Made by a program: the position numbers and the translations under genes. A stretch of DNA of 64,000 nucleotides, from positions 1 through 64,000 of the IMG/VR virus record IMGVR_UViG_3300045988_108506, one strand, 5' to 3'. This stretch comes from a virus. Numbering within the stretch: position 1 is the stretch's first letter; every line of letters starts with the position of its first letter. The notes beneath the pieces were generated by a model that worked only from the letters and a program-made list of their open reading frames with translations, had not been told where the DNA came from and made no database searches. Positions 1 through 8,120 of this stretch are shown piece after piece.

Positions 1-528
1 ATGTTTATGTGATGAGGGATATGAAAGATGTTTATGTGATGGGAGAGAGGGGGTACCTATCACGAACCTCCCGCCCCCGAAACGCGTTTTCTCCCCCACA
101 CCCCCTTCGCTGGAAAACCGGAAACGCGTTTTCACCTCAAACATATAAACTCGCTGATTATCAACAGTTTATTTAAATTATTGATAATCAATGTATTATT
201 ATAACATATTGATTATAAGCCACTTAAATAAACATATATCCTACATATTAATGTACGCGTATAATACCGCTCTCGTTCGTTTTATAAATTGCTGATAATC
301 AGATAATAGAATCGAAATTAATACAAGTTAACAAAAAAAATATAGTATATATATTTGTAATAACAATAAAAGTAGTATATTTGCAATGTGTTAAAGCGAT
401 AACACATGCTGACATGATGAACCTATATAGTGTATCCGTTGGATAACGCTATATCTGTATCTGTTAATAGCTTGCGTTGTGGGCTATTGAATTGAATATC
501 ACTTGTTTAACAAATAAATACATAATGT
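1..528. repeat. Non-coding repeat-rich leader: direct repeats ATGTTTATGTGATG (1-14, 28-42) and GAAACGCGTTTTC (79-91, 121-133), poly-C tracts, and four copies of the 9-bp site TGATAATCA/TGATTATCA (155-163, 182-190, 210-218, 292-300)
   Basis: Read directly. No ORF covers the region. The two 9-mer variants are reverse complements of each other. Confidence 0.6.
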
Positions 529-529
529 T

Positions 530-1069
530 ATGATTACTAAAAAAAATGTAAACAAACTACAGAATGCTGTTATCAAAGAAAATGCTGCAAATTTGGTAGG
601 TGCCGTAAAGTTATACAACGCTTTATTTGCTAATGGAGCTGATCTCAAGTCTATTTGCAAGGCCTTGGAAATACCGGCAGAATACGCCGTAAAGGTTGCA
701 GCCCTCGCCAAGGATAAAAAACGCCTGGTAGCTGTGTGTAGCCAAATGTTACCGAAAGTTGACGATACATTTGTTAAATTTGCTTTATACTCTAAAGTGT
801 ATAAGGATACCAATGCAGACAAAGAGAAAGGCGTTGAGGCTAAAACGGCTGATTGGTGCGCTGAGAATGTGGTTTACGGTAGCGAATATAAATCATTTGG
901 TTTTACTACTGCCGAATCATTGGAGACCAAAAAAAGCACTAAATGGTTGATAAAAGAAAATGGCGAGTATAAAGCTACTTATGTGGCTGTTAAGATCAAA
1001 TCTTATTCTATTCGCACTGTGGCAAAGTGTGTAAGTGAATACCTCGCACATGAAAGCAACCAGCAGTAA
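530..1069 (+). CDS. hypothetical protein (179 aa)
   Basis: Six-frame ORF. First gene after the non-coding leader. No recognisable motif. Confidence 0.55.
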   Translation: MITKKNVNKLQNAVIKENAANLVGAVKLYNALFANGADLKSICKALEIPAEYAVKVAALAKDKKRLVAVCSQMLPKVDDTFVKFALYSKVYKDTNADKEKGVEAKTADWCAENVVYGSEYKSFGFTTAESLETKKSTKWLIKENGEYKATYVAVKIKSYSIRTVAKCVSEYLAHESNQQ

Positions 1070-1559
1070 CAAGGCACGGAGAGCGCCGTTAAGCTCTCCA
1101 AAGGTTTGACGCGTACCGTTAAACGCGCTTGTACGCCGTTGTCAGTGGGTGCACGTCCCGCGTATGCTTTAGACTGAAGCTGACAAAACAGAGAGTTATT
1201 TTACATATTGGAGATAGATATACCTTTGCCCTTGCCGTTGGCAATTAAAGGGCTGGTATTACTGCATGTACTACATTGGATAAATGTAGTTATGTTAGGT
1301 ATGTTAGTACAGTTTGAAAAACATACCGTTGTACGCGGTTTATCTCCAGACCGAAATGTGCCTTACTTGCCTGCACGTAAAATAGGACAAGGCTGTAGAT
1401 TAAATTACAGGGTATAAACATGTAGCCTAACATGTAGGAACATGTTGTATCAAAACGCAAGGACACAATCGCCTTTATTTGTGGCTAAGTTGTGTAGCAG
1501 ACGGAAAATATAATAACAACATAGTACGGGCCTGTACACAAGGACTACGTACTAATTAC

Positions 1560-1630
1560 GGGCTGTTGGTTGTAGCATAAAATCTCTATAGGATAGGAAT
1601 GCGCGTCCGGTTCGATTCCGGAGCAACCTC
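1560..1630 (+). tRNA. tRNA-like element E1 (perfect T-arm TCCGG-TTCGATT-CCGGA); canonical cloverleaf not resolved
   Basis: GGTTCGATTCC T-loop hallmark. A 5' GGGCTGT segment can pair with 3' GCAACCT at 6 of 7 positions. D and anticodon arms could not be built by eye. Confidence 0.3.
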
Positions 1631-1653
1631 TAAATTATAAACAATATAATAGC

Positions 1654-1824
1654 ATGGAAAAGAAAGCAATGATCAACGCTTTAATTGAAGCGTTCAATAA
1701 ATCTAAAAACAGTTGCGTAAAAATAACATTGCGTAACTATATCGAGACGGTGAAAGCACTAAGCGAAAGTGAGTACAAAGAGGCGGAAGGTTTCTATATT
1801 GAAGCACTTAACCGCTGGGGTTAA
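1654..1824 (+). CDS. small hypothetical protein (56 aa), below the ORF-track size cutoff
   Basis: ATG at 1654 and TAA at 1822-1824. It starts about 20 nt after element E1, the same arrangement as the genes following E2 and E3. Confidence 0.4.
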   Translation: MEKKAMINALIEAFNKSKNSCVKITLRNYIETVKALSESEYKEAEGFYIEALNRWG

Positions 1825-1846
1825 TCATAATTAAAGCATAAAGAAA

Positions 1847-2053
1847 ATGGAAAGGAAATTTAAATCTCACATGGTAGACGTTCGCGGTCTGTCCAGGAAA
1901 GAAGCTAAAGAAAAGCGGAAAAGAGCGTATCGTGAATTTATGTTGTATCGTGATCTCAAAGAAGCGTATCATGCCGATACAGGAAAGGACAAATGCAAGC
2001 GTAAAGTTCATACATCACGAACATACGTCAAGGAAAACATAAACAGCATTTAA
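1847..2053 (+). CDS. small basic protein (68 aa, K/R-rich)
   Basis: Six-frame ORF, followed by an intrinsic terminator. Confidence 0.5.
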   Translation: MERKFKSHMVDVRGLSRKEAKEKRKRAYREFMLYRDLKEAYHADTGKDKCKRKVHTSRTYVKENINSI

Positions 2054-2060
2054 ATAGGAG

Positions 2061-2097
2061 TAGGGTTGTTCCGAACGTCGGAGCAGCCCTATTTTCG
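2061..2097 (+). terminator. rho-independent terminator (8-bp stem TAGGGTTG/CAGCCCTA followed by TTTTCG)
   Basis: Hairpin plus T-tract 8 nt after the stop codon of ORF 1847..2053. Confidence 0.5.
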
Positions 2098-2157
2098 TAT
2101 CCTACTCTTTCTATTTACGGGTAGGTATTCTGAGAGTGAACGGCGGATGTGTGCCAT

Positions 2158-2250
2158 ATTGGTCTAAAACGAAACTAAAATAGGATAGTTTGGATATAAT
2201 GCCGGTATTTTGTCTATATCATGTCGTTAAAATTGGTCTAAAACGAAACT
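2158..2250. repeat. 19-bp direct repeat ATTGGTCTAAAACGAAACT (2158-2176 and 2232-2250)
   Basis: Exact repeat read in the sequence, inside a gene-free region. Confidence 0.7.
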
Positions 2251-2251
2251 T

Positions 2252-2297
2252 GAGGCGGTTTTCTGACCCAAAATAGGGTGTCGGATGCCGCCTTTTT
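2252..2297 (+). terminator. terminator-like hairpin GAGGCGG...CCGCCT followed by TTTTT
   Basis: 7-bp GC stem with a long, partly paired loop, followed by a T5 tract. Confidence 0.4.
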
Positions 2298-2583
2298 CAT
2301 CTCTATAGATTGAAAATCAGGCTTATTGTATTTTTCTTAAAAACGAGGTATGCTTGATTATCAATTAGTTATGTTTTATAATACCCGTATTTTCGGACAT
2401 ACTTATTGTAAATTTTTTATTTTATGTGGTGGTTTTTATTAGTATCTGACCTGTATTTTTTATCGGTTGGAGTAAGGTCTATGTTAGAGTACGGACCAGA
2501 TCAGTATAATATCGTGATGGTTTTTTGCTTTTTGTTTCTGGCTTTGATTATAGGTCTGAATATCTATCTTGATAGGAGGAGCA

Positions 2584-2718
2584 GGCGGTAGGGCGTGGGC
2601 TGAAGTCTCTCTATTCTCTCTATGGAATGATATTATCTCCAAATCCTCCATATTCCATGCCAGAGTATAAGCTTGTAGCGCTCTCCGTATGCCGGTAGTG
2701 AGGCGGTAGGGCGTGGGT
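2584..2718. repeat. 16-bp GC-rich direct repeat GGCGGTAGGGCGTGGG (2584-2599, 2703-2718)
   Basis: Exact direct repeat immediately upstream of the tandem array. Confidence 0.6.
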
Positions 2719-2770
2719 TCTATGCGGAAAGCCGGAGGATTAGCGGGAGTTGGAGAGGGGGAGAGGGAGG

Positions 2771-3075
2771 GCACTCTCTTCCAACAAAATAGGGCACTCT
2801 CTTCCAACAAAATTAAGACTTACTTCCAACAAAATTAAGACTTACTTCCAACAAAATTAAGACTTACAGCGTTTTAAATCTGTAGGTTTTCCAACAAAAT
2901 TAAGACTCTCTTCCAACAAAATAGGGCACTCTCTTCCAACAAAATTAAGACTTACTTCCAACAAAATTAAGACTTACTTCCAACAAAATTAAGACTTACA
3001 GCGTTTCAAAATTAAGACATGCGTTTTAAAACAGTATAGGTTTTCCAACAAAATAAAGTATGATAGCGTTTTAAA
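2771..3075. repeat. Tandem iteron-like array: 10 copies of a 22-23 bp unit with core TTCCAACAAAAT (starts 2779, 2802, 2824, 2846, 2889, 2911, 2934, 2956, 2978, 3043), arranged as two ~130-bp super-repeats punctuated by AGCGTTTTAAA elements
   Basis: Read directly. Units abut with no unique spacers. Spacing is about two helical turns. Confidence 0.85.
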
Positions 3076-3488
3076 CCATCATTCCATAGGCTGGTAGTAA
3101 GTGAAATGTTTAACAATTAAAATATAAACAACATGAACGTATATGACTTTGCGCCTGACTTAGATTTGAGTAAGGAGGTAGTTGGGGTGAAAGGGATAGA
3201 AGGCAGTGATGGTATAGTATATGCTAAGGTAGTTAGCTGTGTAGACGTTAAGGATTAGAGTAGTGATGGTGTATTTTTTATGATTGTTATAAGGATAAAT
3301 GTTTATTATCGGGTAGTGATAGTTGTATAGATGGAGATTGGATTAGTAGGTACGAACAGGCTGCCATAGAGGGGGAGTAGGCGGCGCCTTGGGCTAAGGC
3401 CTGCGGTTGTAGGTGGAGCGTAGGCCAGGGCAGAGCCGGAACAGTTTATTGTGGAACGTGAAAAGAACAGATAAAAAAAGGAGGAGAT

Positions 3489-3569
3489 ATGAAAAAGATA
3501 TTTAAGACATTCTCTATTATGCTTGTCATAGAAATAGTGTTGATAGCTATTTTAGATGCTATGGCGTAA
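3489..3569 (+). CDS. micro-ORF, 26-aa hydrophobic peptide (MKKIFKTFSIMLVIEIVLIAILDAMA)
   Basis: AAAGGAGGAG Shine-Dalgarno 4 nt upstream of the ATG, which is unusual in this genome. Single predicted TM helix. Confidence 0.35.
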   Translation: MKKIFKTFSIMLVIEIVLIAILDAMA

Positions 3570-3627
3570 GTGAGGAAGATTTTCTTCATTAATTTTCTTA
3601 TGCTTTAGACAGAATGCTCCCGTCTGC

Positions 3628-3694
3628 GAAGATCGGAGTATTTGCTTTATGGGATTCATGGTGCAGTAGGTCGGTTCGATTCCGGCGATCTCAC
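3628..3694 (+). tRNA. tRNA-like element E2 (T-arm GTCGG-TTCGATT-CCGGC, then GATCTCA-C)
   Basis: Same T-arm and trailer as E3. A 5' GAAGATC segment pairs with the 3' GATCTCA at 5 of 7 positions. Not a canonical tRNA by eye. Confidence 0.3.
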
Positions 3695-3723
3695 ACAACA
3701 TTAAAAACAAAGGAGGAAAGAAA

Positions 3724-4065
3724 ATGAAAGATGGTATTACATTACATCCAGAACACGGATTGAATCCGTCTATAGAAGTCTGCATGATATGTGGCGAAGA
3801 GATGGGCATTGCTTTATTAGGAAATAATATCAAAGGTCAGGCGCCGCATCATATATGCACGGGCGGAGTATGTGACGATTGCAAAAAGATAATAGATGAT
3901 GGTGGTTGTTTTATTATCGAGGTTGAAGATGGATCAGATCAAAAGAATCCGTATCGTACAGGAAGATATTGTGCGATAAAGAAAGAGGCGGCAAAGAAGA
4001 TATTTGGACAGGAGCATAATATTGTGTACATGGAAAAGTCTGCATACAGTCAAATAATACCATAA
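3724..4065 (+). CDS. Cys-rich putative zinc-binding protein (113 aa)
   Basis: Six-frame ORF. CMICGEE and CDDCKK cysteine pairs. SD-like AAAGGAGGAAAG upstream. Confidence 0.6.
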   Translation: MKDGITLHPEHGLNPSIEVCMICGEEMGIALLGNNIKGQAPHHICTGGVCDDCKKIIDDGGCFIIEVEDGSDQKNPYRTGRYCAIKKEAAKKIFGQEHNIVYMEKSAYSQIIP

Positions 4066-4079
4066 AAATAAAGAAGGAT

Positions 4080-4394
4080 ATGTTTACAAAAGAAGAGCGA
4101 TTATTCATATGGAAAAAGGTATATGAGATGATTGATAGGTTAGAGGATGGGGAATACATATGTGTTGCGTTAAGAAATGTAGTGTTTATGTATTTCAAAA
4201 CACATAAAAATATCTATGAGTTTCGTTCAGACGAAATGGTGAGAATATATTTCCCGGAATTGGAGGAGAAGATAAGTATGGCCACAGAACCAGAGGAAAC
4301 AAGAACGTTTTATGGGTGGTTTGGTTGTCTTAGTCCAGAAACGAAGGAGGTAAGGCTGAATATTGTGAAAGATATTATAAAAGAATTAGAATAG
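4080..4394 (+). CDS. hypothetical protein (104 aa)
   Basis: Six-frame ORF. Confidence 0.55.
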   Translation: MFTKEERLFIWKKVYEMIDRLEDGEYICVALRNVVFMYFKTHKNIYEFRSDEMVRIYFPELEEKISMATEPEETRTFYGWFGCLSPETKEVRLNIVKDIIKELE

Positions 4395-4487
4395 TATTTT
4401 TGTTAATCTATTTTATTCATCAAATTAAGTTTTGGGTTTTGGCATGTCGGTTCGTGAGGATAGGCATGCCTATTTCTGCATCATAGA

Positions 4488-4548
4488 GGGGATGACGCGG
4501 CGTGCCGGTGCGTATGTGCCGGTCCTGGTTCGATTCTGGGCATCTCAC
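4488..4548 (+). tRNA. tRNA-like element E3 (T-arm CCTGG-TTCGATT-CTGGG, then CATCTCA-C)
   Basis: T-loop hallmark. A 5' GGGGATG segment pairs with the 3' CATCTCA at 6 of 7 positions. Preceded by a GGCATG...CATGCC hairpin. Not a canonical tRNA by eye. Confidence 0.3.
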
Positions 4549-4569
4549 AAACAATAAAACAAAAAAGTT

Positions 4570-4803
4570 ATGAGAATATATAAGAATGATATTATAAAGG
4601 CGTCAGCAATAAGCACCGGAGCCGACAGAGGCGTGTTGCTGTGTTCAATAACAGATTCAGGCTTTACGTCTATAGCGGGCGTAATATCGGCTGTTAAGGA
4701 TAGGTTACCAAACGAAGATCACAAGAAGATGGTTTTTGAAATCTTGAATGATACGAAAAAAGAGTACGGAAGATATAATAATTGCGGAACAAAAGTATTG
4801 TAA
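4570..4803 (+). CDS. hypothetical protein (77 aa)
   Basis: Six-frame ORF starting about 20 nt after E3. Confidence 0.5.
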   Translation: MRIYKNDIIKASAISTGADRGVLLCSITDSGFTSIAGVISAVKDRLPNEDHKKMVFEILNDTKKEYGRYNNCGTKVL

Positions 4804-4922
4804 TAAAGAGTAGAAAACAATATGTTTATGTAATATTAGTTTTTTCATTTTTATTGAAAGGAGCGCCGGCCTGTGAAGGTATGCGCTCTTTGTATTTGTA
4901 TAATGCATAAAACAATAATAAT

Positions 4923-5177
4923 ATGACAGAGAATAGTATAGACGTAAATATCGTACCTGTAAAGAATGGTATGAAACGTGTTGTGGTATCATATTACCAT
5001 TATTCACGCAAGGAGAAAGATCGCATGAGTTCCCAAACGGATTACGTTTGGGAAACAAAGAATGAAGAAATGTTTAAATACTTTGAGGCCAGGAGGACAA
5101 AAGTATTTTATAGTCAGATTCGTGCCATGTGTAGATTCTATGGCAAGAAAAATGTACGTAAATACAAAAAGTTATGA
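4923..5177 (+). CDS. hypothetical protein (84 aa)
   Basis: Six-frame ORF. Confidence 0.5.
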   Translation: MTENSIDVNIVPVKNGMKRVVVSYYHYSRKEKDRMSSQTDYVWETKNEEMFKYFEARRTKVFYSQIRAMCRFYGKKNVRKYKKL

Positions 5178-5983
5178 TATTAAAAACGACAACCAACGAG
5201 TTTTGTTTCATTAACGTAAGTTTCTACGAAACAATAGCAGATCCTCGTCATTTCTTTGAACAGGATTATGAAGAGATGCCAGAATATGAGGAGGAATCGG
5301 ATTTTGATTTTGATTCTTATTACAATAAGTTTATTCCTTTTGTACAGGAATGGGCGAATGAGGTAAGTGAACGCCTTTACGGATATGGCGTGAATAGTAT
5401 AAAGGTAACATCGGTCGGATATCCGAAAGAATATAATTATGGTACTGATTGGATGAACGTAGAGGTAGAGTTTTGTGATGAATGGAGGCAAAAGATGTTA
5501 TCTAACATTAGTAAGATTGTCAATGATGATAAATGCAAGAAGTATGCGGAGACTAATTACCGGTCGGTATCAGGATACATCTTTTTAGGGCCTGAAGATT
5601 TAAAGGAATTTGAAAAGGAAATAATAGAAAGAAAGTCGGATTCCGGATATGATGTAACAATATTATTAAATATGTATCTAACTTTGGCTTTTGTAAAAGA
5701 ATTTGGATTTAAAGCCGGAGAAGCATGGAGTGAAATAACAGAATATGCTTACGGATGTTTATCGTATTCCGATTTTGCAACAACAGAGATGCTTATACCG
5801 GGAGGTTCGGAGCATTTATTCAAAGACATTTACACGGCAAAGGCCGACGAATTATATCATCATGTCCTGGATAAATTCGGATGGGCGTGGCGTGATCCGA
5901 AATATAAGTCAGAAACAGAATTATGCGCGATGCTAAAGTGGGCAAAAGAAAAAGGCTTGACCATTGAAGAGTTAAGTATTTAA
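5174..5983 (+). CDS. hypothetical acidic protein (269 aa)
   Basis: Six-frame ORF. ATGA start/stop overlap with the upstream gene. Confidence 0.65.
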   Translation: MILKTTTNEFCFINVSFYETIADPRHFFEQDYEEMPEYEEESDFDFDSYYNKFIPFVQEWANEVSERLYGYGVNSIKVTSVGYPKEYNYGTDWMNVEVEFCDEWRQKMLSNISKIVNDDKCKKYAETNYRSVSGYIFLGPEDLKEFEKEIIERKSDSGYDVTILLNMYLTLAFVKEFGFKAGEAWSEITEYAYGCLSYSDFATTEMLIPGGSEHLFKDIYTAKADELYHHVLDKFGWAWRDPKYKSETELCAMLKWAKEKGLTIEELSI

Positions 5984-6010
5984 TTGTTAAACATAAGGCA
6001 GTAGTGGTGC

Positions 6011-6295
6011 GTGAGTATAGGTGCTGCCGTTAAAATATTTTATAAGATGAAAAAAGAAGAGATTCAAACTATTTTATACACAATCAAAGAAGGAGACAGT
6101 ATTAAAATCAAAGTACAAGACAAAAGTGAAGAGATAAGACTGCGGGATCATGTAAGAAGAGTACAGAAATACGGATACAGGTTTTGTTTGTCTCATTTAC
6201 ATGATGGAATTTTCTATCTGGAGAAGTTGAAAGAAGGGGATAAGGATAAATACTATAGAGTAATAAACAGAGGAAATGGAAAGACCGGAGTATAA
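6011..6295 (+). CDS. hypothetical protein (94 aa)
   Basis: Six-frame ORF. Confidence 0.5.
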   Translation: MSIGAAVKIFYKMKKEEIQTILYTIKEGDSIKIKVQDKSEEIRLRDHVRRVQKYGYRFCLSHLHDGIFYLEKLKEGDKDKYYRVINRGNGKTGV

Positions 6296-6569
6296 TAAGC
6301 TACGCAAAATGGCTAAGACTACTCCAGGTCTGATAGTGGACGAGGTGCAAAACATGATGCGTGTATCGCTATACGATAATGGGGAACTTAAGAAGGTGGT
6401 AGTAGTAATGAAATGCGATTCTTTTTTACAGTCAAAAAGTAACATAGAAAAGATAATGTTATTATCATCTTCTATAGAAGATCGAAAAAACAAAGAAAAA
6501 AATAAAACAAAATCAGAAAATGAACAGAATAACAAAAATAAGAGAAGAAATAGGAGGAAAACAGGTTGA
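6276..6569 (+). CDS. hypothetical protein with a K/N/R-rich basic tail (97 aa)
   Basis: Six-frame ORF. Confidence 0.45.
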   Translation: MERPEYNKLRKMAKTTPGLIVDEVQNMMRVSLYDNGELKKVVVVMKCDSFLQSKSNIEKIMLLSSSIEDRKNKEKNKTKSENEQNNKNKRRNRRKTG

Positions 6570-6903
6570 TTTGACCTTTTACGGGCGCTTTTGCAGCCTT
6601 ATCGAAGGTGATAGGAAGATAATACTAAGGGCAATAAAAAACGGTCGTAAAAAAGGCGTAATCGGGGCCATTCAGCCTGGGAGACATGACAGAATTTGGA
6701 CCACATGGTCTATTGCTTTTGATGATCTGAGGGTAGGGGATACGGTAGAGTTCAGTACATCTGGAAAATACAATCCCGGATTTCATGCTACGGAAAAGTA
6801 TGTAGGGTGTGTAGAATGGATAAAAGGGTCGGAATGTGCGATAAAAACCGGTAAGGGAATAGCAGTAGTATTAATTAAACACATAGAAAGGGTGGTAAAA
6901 TAA
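6520..6903 (+). CDS. hypothetical protein (127 aa)
   Basis: Six-frame ORF. Confidence 0.55.
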   Translation: MNRITKIREEIGGKQVDLTFYGRFCSLIEGDRKIILRAIKNGRKKGVIGAIQPGRHDRIWTTWSIAFDDLRVGDTVEFSTSGKYNPGFHATEKYVGCVEWIKGSECAIKTGKGIAVVLIKHIERVVK

Positions 6904-7184
6904 TGGGGTTGAGAGAATTTGTAGAACTTTTTGACAAGAATGAAGTAAAGAATTTGTTTAATGCATTGTCTTCATGTATAGAATACGTAAGGATAGATTT
7001 GCATGTATTTAATATAGGTGCCTATGTTACGTGCCTGTACAGTAATGATCTTGAATCGCTTTCACAGACAGAAGGTTGTAATGTGAATATGATAATAGAG
7101 GTACCACACTTATTCGAAGCATTCATGGAATACGCTTCACCGGAAATGAAGTTGTATTACGAAAAACTAACAGAGACAGTATAA
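6903..7184 (+). CDS. hypothetical protein (93 aa)
   Basis: Six-frame ORF. Confidence 0.5.
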   Translation: MGLREFVELFDKNEVKNLFNALSSCIEYVRIDLHVFNIGAYVTCLYSNDLESLSQTEGCNVNMIIEVPHLFEAFMEYASPEMKLYYEKLTETV

Positions 7185-7185
7185 T

Positions 7186-7659
7186 ATGAAAGAGGAAGTA
7201 GAACGGATAAAGAAGTTGGTTGGCATAGATCATAATAGATGGGAGCAGCCTTGTACATGTGATAAATGCAAGAACATGTGTGAGGTTCCTTGTATTGGTA
7301 CGCCAAAAGACATAGAAGCTATCATAGATGCCGGATACGCTGACAGGCTAAAAGAAACAATGTGGATGGTAGGGTATCTTGCAGTGAAAGAAAAACCAAT
7401 AGCGATGATCCAGCCAACAGTGAAAGACGGGTGGTGCGCATTCCGCCAGCCGGACGGTCTCTGCGAGCTGCATGACCGAGGACTAAAGCCGACCGAAGGA
7501 GTTCTGGCTTCTTGTAAGGTGGTTGAAGAAGACGATATTCCGACATACGAGACATCCGTACTTAGAGCAGTAGCTCATGAGTGGGTTAAGGTGGAGAACT
7601 TTGGAAATGTAATGAAGGTCGTTTTTAAATTTTTGCATGAAAATGAACGTAGAAAATGA
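7186..7659 (+). CDS. Cys-rich hypothetical protein (157 aa)
   Basis: Six-frame ORF. CTCDKCKNMCEVPC cysteine cluster. Confidence 0.55.
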   Translation: MKEEVERIKKLVGIDHNRWEQPCTCDKCKNMCEVPCIGTPKDIEAIIDAGYADRLKETMWMVGYLAVKEKPIAMIQPTVKDGWCAFRQPDGLCELHDRGLKPTEGVLASCKVVEEDDIPTYETSVLRAVAHEWVKVENFGNVMKVVFKFLHENERRK

Positions 7660-8047
7660 ATTAGATAAAGTAGTTAAGATCCTAAAAGAAAAAGGATTTG
7701 TGGTATATAGAAAGGGAGGAAAGGAACCGGGTGTATTTTACGCCAAAGAAGGTGATAAACGAATAGGATTCGTTTATCCCAACAACGGATATATATACGA
7801 CAAGATAAAAATGTGGTCTTTTTCAAGGGTGTATAAACCGCATAAGAAAACCGGGTCTTCGTGCTTAATGTGTGTCAGCGACGAATTTACGATAGAGAAT
7901 GCGATTAAGAGCATAGAGGATAGACTGTGGGTAAATGATATAAAAGACGGTAACAGAAAACGACCAGAAGAATATAAAAACATAAGAGAATTTGTTGGTA
8001 GCTTCACTAAATTCTACAACTCTGTAGAATTAGTTGAAGTTAAGTAG
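7637..8047 (+). CDS. hypothetical protein (136 aa)
   Basis: Six-frame ORF. Confidence 0.55.
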   Translation: MKMNVENELDKVVKILKEKGFVVYRKGGKEPGVFYAKEGDKRIGFVYPNNGYIYDKIKMWSFSRVYKPHKKTGSSCLMCVSDEFTIENAIKSIEDRLWVNDIKDGNRKRPEEYKNIREFVGSFTKFYNSVELVEVK

Positions 8048-8120
8048 TTTTCCATGTAAGTTAGTTGCCGGCACTGGTCTGTGAAGATAGGTGTCGTTTT
8101 TTTAAGAAAGGAGGATAAAG

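Noticed and set aside
1208-1417. 69-aa plus-strand ORF
   Set aside because: Sits in a motif-rich non-coding stretch with no ribosome-binding site. The PLPLPL start is low-complexity. Likely spurious.
2484-2810. 108-aa minus-strand ORF
   Set aside because: It lies entirely within the GC-rich direct repeats and iteron region. Its Pro/Ala-rich translation is an artefact of the repeat sequence.
2771-3075. Possible CRISPR array
   Set aside because: Repeat units abut directly with no unique spacers of comparable length. The unit variants form a higher-order duplication. No cas genes are adjacent. This is a tandem iteron-type repeat.
3552-4198. Antisense ORFs (3552-3833 -, 3914-4198 -) and the many 60-120 aa ORFs antisense to the giant genes
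   Set aside because: They overlap better-supported sense genes or tRNA-like elements and have low-complexity translations. Typical six-frame noise in AT-rich DNA.
1560-4548. Calling E1-E3 confident tRNA genes, including a tempting CTA amber-suppressor anticodon reading in E1
   Set aside because: No D-arm or anticodon stem could be drawn. Candidate anticodon loops lack U33 and purine 37. The distance between the acceptor-like segments is 10-15 nt too short. Retained only as low-confidence tRNA-like elements.
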